Part shown: piece by piece, positions 29,716 through 38,427 of the stretch
Layout: every line of letters starts with the position of its first letter
Position numbering within the stretch: position 1 is the stretch's first letter
Source: Patescibacteria group bacterium
GTDB taxonomy: Bacteria > Patescibacteriota > Microgenomatia > Levybacterales > UBA12049
Assembly (NCBI GenBank): GCA_035510535.1
Contig: DATKGY010000041.1
Span: 29,493 to 93,492 of the forward strand
Length of the DNA: 64,000 nt
Direction of reading: 5' to 3'
The notes under the pieces: generated by a model
The model's input: only the letters and a program-made list of their open reading frames with translations
Told to the model about the DNA's origin: nothing
Database searches by the model: none
Translations under genes and position numbers: made by a program

Positions 29716-30407
29716 AAAATATTTTAAACGAAAAGCCAAGCGAAAAATTAACAGGCAGATTGGAATTCTCAACAAAATTTGTAGACAACAAAGACATACA
29801 GGGAAAGAAAGTATTAGATATAGGTTGTGGTTTCGGATGGTTTGAATTAAGTACGCTTAAGAAAGGAGTTAAAGAGATAGCTGGTGTTGAAATAAGTGCG
29901 TTAGATTTAAAACCTGCTAAGGAGAATATTAAAGATAAGCGTGCGATATTTAAAATAGGGGGAGCCTTAAAAATTCCTTTTAAGGATAATTATTTTGATG
30001 CTGTAGTAGCGTGGGAAGTGATAGAGCATATTCCAAAAGATACAGAAAACAAAATGTTTAAAGAGGTTAAAAGAGTTTTGAAAAAAAACGGTATATTTTA
30101 TTTATCTACTCCGTATGATTCTTTGCGCTCAAAATATCTGGATCCTGCCTATTGGTTGATAGGACATCGGCATTATTCAAGGGAAAAACTGATTAAGCTG
30201 GGAAAGGGAAATAATTTTAAAATTCGCGAAATACAAATAAAAGGGAGAATTTGGAGTCTAATCAGCTTATTGGATTTGTATATAGCAAAATGGATTTTTC
30301 GAAGACAACCTTTCTTCGAAGAGGAGATATCACGGAAGGTAGATGAAGAATACCGTATGGACGAAAATAGTTTTATGGGAATATTTGTTAAATATGAAAA
30401 AAAATAA
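29712..30407 (+). CDS. Class I SAM-dependent methyltransferase.
   Basis: 'VLDIGCGFGW', 'VVAWEVIEHI'; ATGA overlap with the upstream GT2. Confidence 0.8.
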   Translation: MKNILNEKPSEKLTGRLEFSTKFVDNKDIQGKKVLDIGCGFGWFELSTLKKGVKEIAGVEISALDLKPAKENIKDKRAIFKIGGALKIPFKDNYFDAVVAWEVIEHIPKDTENKMFKEVKRVLKKNGIFYLSTPYDSLRSKYLDPAYWLIGHRHYSREKLIKLGKGNNFKIREIQIKGRIWSLISLLDLYIAKWIFRRQPFFEEEISRKVDEEYRMDENSFMGIFVKYEKK

Positions 30408-31515
30408 ATCCCTTTTTAGATATAAAAATATTTTTCTTCAATCAAGTCTTCAATTTTGCGGAAACATCGAAGAATATTTTGTAAGTCATACAGAAAAATT
30501 AGTTATATTTATTGTTATGCCAAGAGTTAAGAATAAAGGCAATGTCATAAGGCAATACAACTACGGGAAATTGATGGAGGAAAAGCCTTTTAGTCTCTCT
30601 GAGAATATTTTTTTATACTATCTGGGTTGGTATATTCAGTATTTTAAAGTACTTAATAAGTACTATTCAAAAAAGGAACCCTTCTTTGCCATCGTATTTC
30701 ATCCGATATTCTTTTTTGGAATGAGTACTCAAAAACTATGGAGAAGTGTAAATTTTGTTTATTGGGTAGGAGATTATTTCCCGAACACTAGCAAGGTGAT
30801 TATAATGTTTGAAAAGCTTAAAAAATTTTACCATGGCCAAGGGACTTATGCCTGTTACATAAGCGATGCAATTAACGAAATAATGAACGGAAAGATTTTA
30901 GAAAGCGATAATCGTAAGACTGTAATGTGGGGAGTTAAACCCAAGTCAATTACAAGAACTTTTGATAGAAATAATTTTAACATACTATTTGTAGGTTTAA
31001 TAAAAGAGTCTCAGGGGTTGGAGTTTTTTTATGATTTTTTAAAGGAAAATAAAGAATATAAGTTAAAAATAATTGGTGTTTGCGAAAAAAAATTATACAC
31101 AAAATATATGAGTATAATTAAAAGATATGATATTAGCGATCGAGTGTATTTCCCGAATAAATTTTTCTCAGACAAAGAACTAAATGAGATTTCCGAAGAG
31201 TGTCAAATAGGGATAGCACTGTATGATGCTAATAAATCTAGTGTCACATACTATGCGGATCCTGGGAAGGTAAAGGCTTATGCGGAGCTTGGTTTACCGA
31301 TTATTATGTCCAATATTCCAAGCGTAGCTCCTTATATTCGAAAATTTAATGCTGGAGAAATAGTAGACAGAAATGAAATCTCACTTCGTAACGCTCTTAA
31401 AAAGATAAGGGACAATTATCAAAAGTATATAGACGGCGTTAACAAGTTCAATCGGTATTTCTATTTCGAAGATTATTACAAAAGAAGATTTAAATTTTTA
31501 GAAAAAGTGGCGTGA
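30394..31515 (+). CDS. Putative GT-B glycosyltransferase (GT4-like C-terminal domain).
   Basis: C-terminal 'YADPGKVKAYAELGLPIIMSNIPSVAPYI...AGEIVD' resembles the GT4 donor-binding domain; the N-terminal half has no recognisable motif. Confidence 0.45.
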   Translation: MKKNKSLFRYKNIFLQSSLQFCGNIEEYFVSHTEKLVIFIVMPRVKNKGNVIRQYNYGKLMEEKPFSLSENIFLYYLGWYIQYFKVLNKYYSKKEPFFAIVFHPIFFFGMSTQKLWRSVNFVYWVGDYFPNTSKVIIMFEKLKKFYHGQGTYACYISDAINEIMNGKILESDNRKTVMWGVKPKSITRTFDRNNFNILFVGLIKESQGLEFFYDFLKENKEYKLKIIGVCEKKLYTKYMSIIKRYDISDRVYFPNKFFSDKELNEISEECQIGIALYDANKSSVTYYADPGKVKAYAELGLPIIMSNIPSVAPYIRKFNAGEIVDRNEISLRNALKKIRDNYQKYIDGVNKFNRYFYFEDYYKRRFKFLEKVA

Positions 31516-31528
31516 CCCAAGGAGATTT

Positions 31529-31972
31529 TTATTTTTTGTTGCGCTTTGGTCTTCCTGCAGAGCCTGTAGGGTGTATTGTTCGATACTTTTTCATTATGGA
31601 TGGTGATACGCGAAAAGTGTCAGACTCATAATCATTTCCGCCTCTTTTTCCTTCCGAAAAGGTAATAAATTGATTATCTTCAATAATTTCAAGCGCATGT
31701 ACCTCATTTGGACCAGTTGTTACCATTTCGCCTTCGTGAATAACGACGCTTTTTACTTTACTATTGTCCTCGTCAAGTTTTCGATAGTAATACCTAAGAC
31801 TTCCCCTCGTCATATATATGTGCTGAGTAGTATATCTATGATAGTGATCTCCGCGAAACGCACCCTTTTTTGAATTCATCACCGCTACGTGATCAATGCG
31901 ATGATTATAAAATATATCCGAGATATTTCCCCGATTATCCTTGGTTGCAATTTTTATTTTTGTTTTTATCAT
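31529..31972 (-). CDS. Cupin-fold protein, possibly a sugar 3,4-ketoisomerase (FdtA/WxcM-like).
   Basis: 147 aa; His-rich 'FRGDHYHRYTTQHIY'; last gene of the minus-strand GDP-sugar operon. Confidence 0.45.
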   Translation of the reverse strand: MIKTKIKIATKDNRGNISDIFYNHRIDHVAVMNSKKGAFRGDHYHRYTTQHIYMTRGSLRYYYRKLDEDNSKVKSVVIHEGEMVTTGPNEVHALEIIEDNQFITFSEGKRGGNDYESDTFRVSPSIMKKYRTIHPTGSAGRPKRNKK

Positions 31973-33195
31973 AGTAGCTCTTTTTCTCCTGGAACTATAA
32001 ATTCTATTGTATCATTTATTTTCCTTATTTTTTCAGTTAAATATTTACCGATATTCCAAGCGGTTATTAAGGCAACATCGATGTTTTCAGCTTGAAGACT
32101 GGTATCATTCTTGATTGGAATAAGAGATCCGGGGGTATATTTGCCGATTTTGTATTTTGAGGCGTCGGTGACAAATTCGATGACAGTGCTATCGAGTCTA
32201 TAAAAGTTAAGAAGAGTATTGCTTCGTGCCCCGGCTCCGATCGCGGCTATTTTTTTACCCTTTTTCTTGAGTGCATAAACTTTTGCTAAGACATCATTTT
32301 TATCTTTAATTATTTTTGCCATAAAAGCAGCGTATGTTTTTGGATTAAATATCTTTGCATTTTCTTCGGCTTTGATAGATTTTCTGACGAGAGCGGCGTT
32401 GTAGGCAGAAACATTGGGCGTAGAAATAATCCTTAGTGATCCACCATGATAATTTACATTCTCAACGTGAACTATATACAGCCCGTATCTTTTAAGCATG
32501 GTGTCTGCCGAGCGTACGCTAAATGTTGAAATATGTTCATGAAATATCATATCAAATAAATATTTTTCAACTGTATCCTTTAGAGATGGTACTTCAAAAA
32601 TAAAATAGCCATCATTTTTAAGACCTGACTTTATTCCCAACATTGCCTCTTTTAAGTTCTCGATATGATTAACTACATTATTTCCCATGATTATTTTTGC
32701 CATTCCCTTCTTCTTTACGGCAGCTGCGATTGTATCTTTTCCGACGAATCCTTCTATTGAATCAACACCAATTTTCCTTGCTTCACGAATCATGATAGGG
32801 GAAGGGTCAATTCCGGTAACTCTGATTCCTTTCTTCTTAAAATGCGAAAGTAAATGTCCGTCATTTGATCCAAATTCTATAACGTGATCAGTTGATTCCA
32901 CATGTGTATATTTACTTACAGAATCGAAGAATTCAAGCCAATGTTTTTTTGCCGCATCTGAATTAAAGGACGTATAGCTGTAGTTACTTTCGACATATCT
33001 TTCATCTCCCGGTGTAAAATATTCATTTTGTAAGTGCCCGCAATTTTTACATAATAAGCAATTAAGCGGATATGTATTAAGGGGAAGAAGTAATTGTTCT
33101 TTCTTGAGGAATGTATCCGCTAATGGGTGAAAGCCTAATTTAATAACTCTTTTTAAATTTGAGTTATCGCAGACAATGCATTTTTTAGCTAACAT
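31969..33195 (-). CDS. Nucleotide-sugar C-methyltransferase (N-terminal zinc ribbon, class I MTase, C-methyltransferase C-domain).
   Basis: 'CIVCDNSN...CKNCGHLQ' Cys4 ribbon, then 'VIEFGSNDGHLL' SAM motif; architecture of TylC3/NovU-type sugar C-MTases. Confidence 0.7.
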   Translation of the reverse strand: MLAKKCIVCDNSNLKRVIKLGFHPLADTFLKKEQLLLPLNTYPLNCLLCKNCGHLQNEYFTPGDERYVESNYSYTSFNSDAAKKHWLEFFDSVSKYTHVESTDHVIEFGSNDGHLLSHFKKKGIRVTGIDPSPIMIREARKIGVDSIEGFVGKDTIAAAVKKKGMAKIIMGNNVVNHIENLKEAMLGIKSGLKNDGYFIFEVPSLKDTVEKYLFDMIFHEHISTFSVRSADTMLKRYGLYIVHVENVNYHGGSLRIISTPNVSAYNAALVRKSIKAEENAKIFNPKTYAAFMAKIIKDKNDVLAKVYALKKKGKKIAAIGAGARSNTLLNFYRLDSTVIEFVTDASKYKIGKYTPGSLIPIKNDTSLQAENIDVALITAWNIGKYLTEKIRKINDTIEFIVPGEKELL

Positions 33196-33201
33196 AAGTA
33201 A

Positions 33202-33993
33202 TTAAGATATGGGCATTATATGGTTTTTCAAGAAACTTTTCAAATACTCGGAAGATGTTTTCAGAGAATAAATTTTATTTAGTTTTGAGACATCTGTTTC
33301 GTAGGTTTGTGTTTTTCCGTCTTTAGGGAAATTTATTTGCTTCTTTATGTATTGGTTTAATTCCTTAAATAAAACAGTACCAATTCCGCCTACGTTAAAT
33401 ATTTCCCTCGTGATGTTTCTATCAATTAGAAAATAAATAATTTGAGCAAGCTCTTTCGTTGTTATCATTTGGAAAGCAGATTCCTTGGATATAAATAAAT
33501 GTGAGTCATTCAAGATGTCATACACCGGTCCCTTTTTTAAGTTAACTCCGAGCATCATGGGACAGCGTAGGATTATGTAACTTTTTATGAAATTTCTCAC
33601 GATACATTCGCTCAAAAACTTATGGAATCCATAAGGGGCAAGTTTTTCAAAATTTATTGGTTCTTTCTCTGAAGTAAATTTTTCGCTTGTATGATCTTCG
33701 TAAACATCGCTTGACGATATATACATATATGTTTTGCATGGAAAATCCAAAAGAGTCTTGTATACAGAAATTGTGGATGCTTCGAAATCGCCAAGGACAT
33801 TATCGTTTGCCCAAACTTTGTTACTATTTCCATTTGCATTAATAACAACGTCAAATTTTTGGTTTCTATGCTCCTCATAGCTCTCTCGGTCTATTTCGAC
33901 GATTGCTTGAAAATGTGGCTTCAGATATCGGACTAAGTCCGATCCTACCATGCCGTGGCTTCCTATGATTGCTAATCTTTTTGAGTTTTTCAA
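33202..33993 (-). CDS. Short SDR NAD(P)-dependent sugar reductase or epimerase (RmlD/Rmd-like).
   Basis: 'RLAIIGSHGMVGSDL' Rossmann motif; 263 aa. Confidence 0.6.
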   Translation of the reverse strand: MKNSKRLAIIGSHGMVGSDLVRYLKPHFQAIVEIDRESYEEHRNQKFDVVINANGNSNKVWANDNVLGDFEASTISVYKTLLDFPCKTYMYISSSDVYEDHTSEKFTSEKEPINFEKLAPYGFHKFLSECIVRNFIKSYIILRCPMMLGVNLKKGPVYDILNDSHLFISKESAFQMITTKELAQIIYFLIDRNITREIFNVGGIGTVLFKELNQYIKKQINFPKDGKTQTYETDVSKLNKIYSLKTSSEYLKSFLKNHIMPIS

Positions 33994-33999
33994 TTGAAT

Positions 34000-34380
34000 T
34001 TAAAGCAAAATTTTATCTTCGATAAACGGCCCGTTTTTAATTTCTATAATTTCGCTATCTTTTAGTATGTGGACTCCATGTCCTCCATTCATAAATATTA
34101 TAGTTTCACCAGCTGAAAGATATATAGACTTGAAATACTTTTTCTTCGGTGTATAAAAATCAATTTTTATTTTCCCCTTTATGACTACTAAACATTCCTG
34201 AAGTTTTTCCGTAATGCGTCTCTTTGGAACGTGAATGTGTGCCTTTGTGCATTCACCCGATGAGCGCTTGTGTGTTACAAGCTGTAGCGGTTCATTAGGA
34301 TCCGTAAGAGATATTACGCCATTTTTGAGTTTCTTAATTCGGATGGCGATTACAGTATTGTTAGATATTATCTTTTCCAC
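34000..34380 (-). CDS. Small cupin-fold protein, possibly a sugar epimerase/isomerase.
   Basis: 126 aa beta-rich; 'HIHVPKR...GGHGVHIL' His cluster. Confidence 0.4.
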   Translation of the reverse strand: MEKIISNNTVIAIRIKKLKNGVISLTDPNEPLQLVTHKRSSGECTKAHIHVPKRRITEKLQECLVVIKGKIKIDFYTPKKKYFKSIYLSAGETIIFMNGGHGVHILKDSEIIEIKNGPFIEDKILL

Positions 34381-34383
34381 TTT

Positions 34384-35463
34384 TTAATAGAATCGGTGTC
34401 TGGTTACTATTTTATGTCCCAGCCCTGTCTCTTTTTTAACCTGATCGTAATCATGCTTAATCATAATTTCAACTAACTCCTGAAAATTAACTTTTGGTTT
34501 CCATCCCAGAAGTTTTCTCGCCTTAGAAGAGTCACCAAGCAGATAGTCTACCTCAGAAGGACGAAAGTGAACGGGATCTATTCCAATAATTATTTTTCCC
34601 GTTTTTCGATCGATGCCTTTTTCTTTTAAACCTTTTCCCCTCCATTGTAAGTCATAGTCTAGGTGCTTTGCGACGTTCTCAACAAATTCGCGAACGGTGT
34701 GTGTTTGACCGGTTGCCAATACGAAATCATCGGCACTTTTATAATTTAAAATTTTATAAATTCCTTCAACGTAATCTTTGGAGTAACCCCAGTCTCTCTT
34801 GGCATTTAGATTTCCAAGCATTAAAACGTCTTGCAATCCCAGTTTTATACGCGATAATCCCAGCGTCACTTTTCTTGTTACAAATGTAATACCTCGTCTT
34901 GGCGATTCGTGATTAAAGAGGATGCCGTTTGCCGCGAATATATTGTAACTTTTTCGATAGATCCGCGTAGTATGAAACGCAAATACTTTTGACAAAGCGT
35001 ATGGTGATTGTGGATTAAACGGTGTTTTCTCATTTTGGAAGGTTTTTTTCTCCACGTCGCCGAACATCTCGGAAGATCCCGCCTGGTAGAATTTGATAGG
35101 AGCTTTAATTTGACGAATAGCTTCCAAAATGCGTAAAGCGCCCAGTCCCGTAATATCTACGGTATATTCAGGCATGGAAAAGCTTACGCCCACATGACTC
35201 AGAGCGCCAAGATTATAGATTTCATCGGGTTCAGCCTTTTCAATTAGCGCGGCGATGTTGGAGCTATCAGATAAATCTCCATAAGCAGTCTGAAAGTTGG
35301 GGAATTTGGCATTGTTAATTAGATGGTCTATGCGATATGTATTAGGGTAGCTGGTATGCCTTTGCAGACCGAATACTTTATAACCTTTTTCAAGCAGAAG
35401 CTCTGCTAAGTATGAACCGTCTTGTCCGGTAATTCCAGTAATTAATGCTCGCTTCCTTGCCAT
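34384..35463 (-). CDS. gmd: GDP-mannose 4,6-dehydratase.
   Basis: 'ALITGITGQDGSYLAELLLEKGY', 'YALSKVFA' (YxxxK), 'NHESPRRG' - textbook Gmd signatures. Confidence 0.9.
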   Translation of the reverse strand: MARKRALITGITGQDGSYLAELLLEKGYKVFGLQRHTSYPNTYRIDHLINNAKFPNFQTAYGDLSDSSNIAALIEKAEPDEIYNLGALSHVGVSFSMPEYTVDITGLGALRILEAIRQIKAPIKFYQAGSSEMFGDVEKKTFQNEKTPFNPQSPYALSKVFAFHTTRIYRKSYNIFAANGILFNHESPRRGITFVTRKVTLGLSRIKLGLQDVLMLGNLNAKRDWGYSKDYVEGIYKILNYKSADDFVLATGQTHTVREFVENVAKHLDYDLQWRGKGLKEKGIDRKTGKIIIGIDPVHFRPSEVDYLLGDSSKARKLLGWKPKVNFQELVEIMIKHDYDQVKKETGLGHKIVTRHRFY

Positions 35464-35644
35464 TTTGCAAATATAGCACGTTTTTTAAAAAAAAGAAATA
35501 CTTCAGTGATAAATTTAAAAATTTGCAAGAATCATACACAAAAAATTACCGGCAGCCGAAAAGGTTTAATTTTTTTAAAAAATATAGTATTTACGCAATA
35601 AAATGTTATATAATATGCTATTGAATAAATATTTTTAATACTTT

Positions 35645-36436
35645 ATGAATCCTTTACGCCTCATACTTAACATTTTTCCTGAAGGGTATATAAAATCTAT
35701 CATAAAAAATATTTTAAGCTATTCCATTAACGTGATGCCCGGTCCCGTTGACTTGGTTACGGTAAATGGAATAAGCATAAAAATGCACAAGGATAATGTT
35801 TTTAACAATAGGCGTCTTGTAAAGGAAGTGAGCGGTTACAATACATATTATTCTCTACGAAAAGGAGATATTGTCATTGATGCAGGAGCATACACAGGGC
35901 TATATACAGTATATGCGGCCAAAAAAGTGGGCTCAAAAGGAAAAGTCATCGCCTATGAACCGGATCCATACACCATGATGATGCTAAAAAAGAATATCAA
36001 ACTAAACCAGCTTTCCAATGTCACCTTAGTTAGGAAAGGATTATTTGATAAGAATGATTCTGTACCCTTCGATATTCAATCAGTCGGCTCAAATATTGTT
36101 ACCATAAACACAGCATTTCATAATAGAAAAACCATTAATAAGGTCAATGTTGCACCCCTTGACGAAGAAGTTGTTAGGCTTAGGCTTAATACAGTCGACT
36201 TTATAAAAATGGATATTGAAGGAGCGGAAATCGAAGCGATGAAAGGCGCACGTACAACGATTAAAAAAAATAAAAACATTAGCCTTGCGATTGCAAGCTA
36301 CCATGTCGTAAATGGAAGAAAGACATACATATTCTTGGAAAAATTCTTCAAGAAATTAAATATGAATACAAAAACAGAGCTAAATGGACAATTGACAACT
36401 TATTCCAGCTACAAAAAATTGGCCAGGGGGAATTAA
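35645..36436 (+). CDS. FkbM-family methyltransferase.
   Basis: 'VIDAGAYTGLYTV', 'DFIKMDIEGAE'. Confidence 0.75.
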   Translation: MNPLRLILNIFPEGYIKSIIKNILSYSINVMPGPVDLVTVNGISIKMHKDNVFNNRRLVKEVSGYNTYYSLRKGDIVIDAGAYTGLYTVYAAKKVGSKGKVIAYEPDPYTMMMLKKNIKLNQLSNVTLVRKGLFDKNDSVPFDIQSVGSNIVTINTAFHNRKTINKVNVAPLDEEVVRLRLNTVDFIKMDIEGAEIEAMKGARTTIKKNKNISLAIASYHVVNGRKTYIFLEKFFKKLNMNTKTELNGQLTTYSSYKKLARGN

Positions 36437-36588
36437 TAGTCGGGCGTCACCAAGGAATGAAAGAATTAGAGGGAGTATCCACAGAATTTTTAGAAGTATA
36501 AATAACTATTTTAGTTTCTCTTTAATTTATCTTTTGCTGTTGCTTAAGAAATTCGAAGGAAAAATATAAGTTTTTGGAAAATATTTAG

Positions 36589-36616
36589 CCTTGACTAAAC
36601 ACACTAATATGATATA
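36589..36616 (+). promoter_or_regulatory. Sigma70-like promoter (TTGACT-N16-TATACT) upstream of the GT2 at 36647.
   Basis: 'ccTTGACTaaacacactaatatgaTATACTtt' read directly in the sequence. Confidence 0.45.
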
Positions 36617-36646
36617 CTTTATCATCAACATTGCTTTTATTTATCT

Positions 36647-37654
36647 ATGATAAAAAAAAATGAAAAATTTATTTCCCCCGTTTCTATTGTAATAATTCAA
36701 AGAAACTCTTCGTCCACAATTCTCTACGCGCTGGAGGGGATTAGAAAACAAGATTATCCAATAAGAGAAATAATCATAGTCGATAACCATTCAACCGATG
36801 ATTCTTTGAGCAAGATAAAAAACTTTTCCGTAAACAATAAAGCGTTACAGATTAGAATTTTAACGAAAAATTCAGACACAGGAGTTAGTAATAGCTATAA
36901 CATGGGAGTTAAAGTCGCTAAGTCTAATTACGTTATTGTCATGCACGCAGATGGAGTTTTACCTGCGAGAAGAGAGATTAGCATCATGATGAAGCCAGTT
37001 CTTGAGGAAAAAAATGTTTCCGCATGTACGCCATTCATACTGATGCCCAGAAGCGTTTGGAATAAGTATAATTTTTGGGAGAAATGTCTGTTTTGCCCGG
37101 CGCTAAGTAGAGATCAGAGAAGTTTTACCGGTAAATTTAATTACGTCAATAAAAAGTTATTCTTGGAAGCAGGGGGTTTTGATGAAAAAAATTTCAATGC
37201 CGATATAGGAGGGGAAGATGTAGATCTTGCAATTAAATTAAAAAAATTAGGTAAAGTAGTTGAAACCAATGCGAGGGTAATCCATCTTCATTATTTAGGC
37301 CAAAATTATTCAATTATAAATTGGATAAGCAATAGAAAACTGTTTGCCAGATCTTATGGGAAAATAATAAGGATGCATAAATTAAATTTACCCTTAGGTG
37401 CGTTGTTAGTATTGCTGGTTAAGCCATTCTTGGCTTTTTTTTCATTGATTATATTTATTTTCCCTTATAATTTTCTGCCCATTATCGCATTTGCATTAAT
37501 ATACATGAAAGAGATGTATACAACTAAAAAAACACTTACTGATCCCCGTATACTTCTGTTGCCTTTTGTCTCGATAGCGCTTATATATTACGAAACTTTT
37601 TGGATGGTTGAAGAATTTCTTTTACCGGTAAAGAAATGGAAAGGACTTAAGTGA
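36647..37654 (+). CDS. GT2 glycosyltransferase with C-terminal TM helices.
   Basis: 'VSIVIIQRNSSS...IIIVDNHSTDDS'; 'GGEDVD'. Confidence 0.8.
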   Translation: MIKKNEKFISPVSIVIIQRNSSSTILYALEGIRKQDYPIREIIIVDNHSTDDSLSKIKNFSVNNKALQIRILTKNSDTGVSNSYNMGVKVAKSNYVIVMHADGVLPARREISIMMKPVLEEKNVSACTPFILMPRSVWNKYNFWEKCLFCPALSRDQRSFTGKFNYVNKKLFLEAGGFDEKNFNADIGGEDVDLAIKLKKLGKVVETNARVIHLHYLGQNYSIINWISNRKLFARSYGKIIRMHKLNLPLGALLVLLVKPFLAFFSLIIFIFPYNFLPIIAFALIYMKEMYTTKKTLTDPRILLLPFVSIALIYYETFWMVEEFLLPVKKWKGLK

Positions 37655-38427
37655 AAACTGTAATTTTGTGCGGGGGGATAGGATACAGACTTAAAGAGGA
37701 AACAGAATTTAAACCAAAACCAATGGTGCAAATTGGCGGCAAGCCAATACTGTGGCACATTATGAAAATTTATGCCCATTACGGGTTTAATGATTTTATC
37801 ATAGCGTTAGGATACAAAGGTGATTATATAAAGCAATACTTTCTTAATGAAAAAAATATGGTTTATGATTTTAGCCTAAACACTTTAAGCGGTAAAACAA
37901 AAATCATAAGAAATGATACCAAGTCGGAAGATTTTAAGATAACGTTTGTGAATACGGGGGAAGAAACACTGCCAGGAGAAAGAATATTGAGGATAAAAGA
38001 TTATATTCCCAAAAAAGATAAAAATTTCATGGTGACTTATGGTGATGGTCTGTCGGATATTAACATTAAAGCGCTAGTGAAATTTCACAATAGACAAAAT
38101 ACGATAGGGACAATCACAGGAGTTCATCCTAGAAGTAAATACGGCCTTTTAAAATTGGGTGAAAATAATATTGTAGAGAATTTTACGGAAAAACCGATTC
38201 TAAAAGAGAGAACCAACGGAGGATTCATGATCTTCAAACGGGATTTTTTTAGTTATTTAAAACCAGGAGAATTTGAGCATAACGCGCTACAGCGGCTAGT
38301 TAAGAAAAAACAACTCTCGGTGTTTATACATGATGGGTTTTGGCATTCAATGGATACATATCCGGACGTGGATAGTCTAAATAAACTGTGGGGCGAAAAT
38401 CCAGCATGGAAAGTGTGGAAGCGGTGA
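37651..38427 (+). CDS. rfbF: Glucose-1-phosphate cytidylyltransferase, with a GTG start.
   Basis: 'KTVILCGGIGYRLKEETEFKPKPMVQIGGKPILWHIMKIY' is near-identical in pattern to the RfbF N-terminus; 258 aa. Confidence 0.85.
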   Translation: MKTVILCGGIGYRLKEETEFKPKPMVQIGGKPILWHIMKIYAHYGFNDFIIALGYKGDYIKQYFLNEKNMVYDFSLNTLSGKTKIIRNDTKSEDFKITFVNTGEETLPGERILRIKDYIPKKDKNFMVTYGDGLSDINIKALVKFHNRQNTIGTITGVHPRSKYGLLKLGENNIVENFTEKPILKERTNGGFMIFKRDFFSYLKPGEFEHNALQRLVKKKQLSVFIHDGFWHSMDTYPDVDSLNKLWGENPAWKVWKR

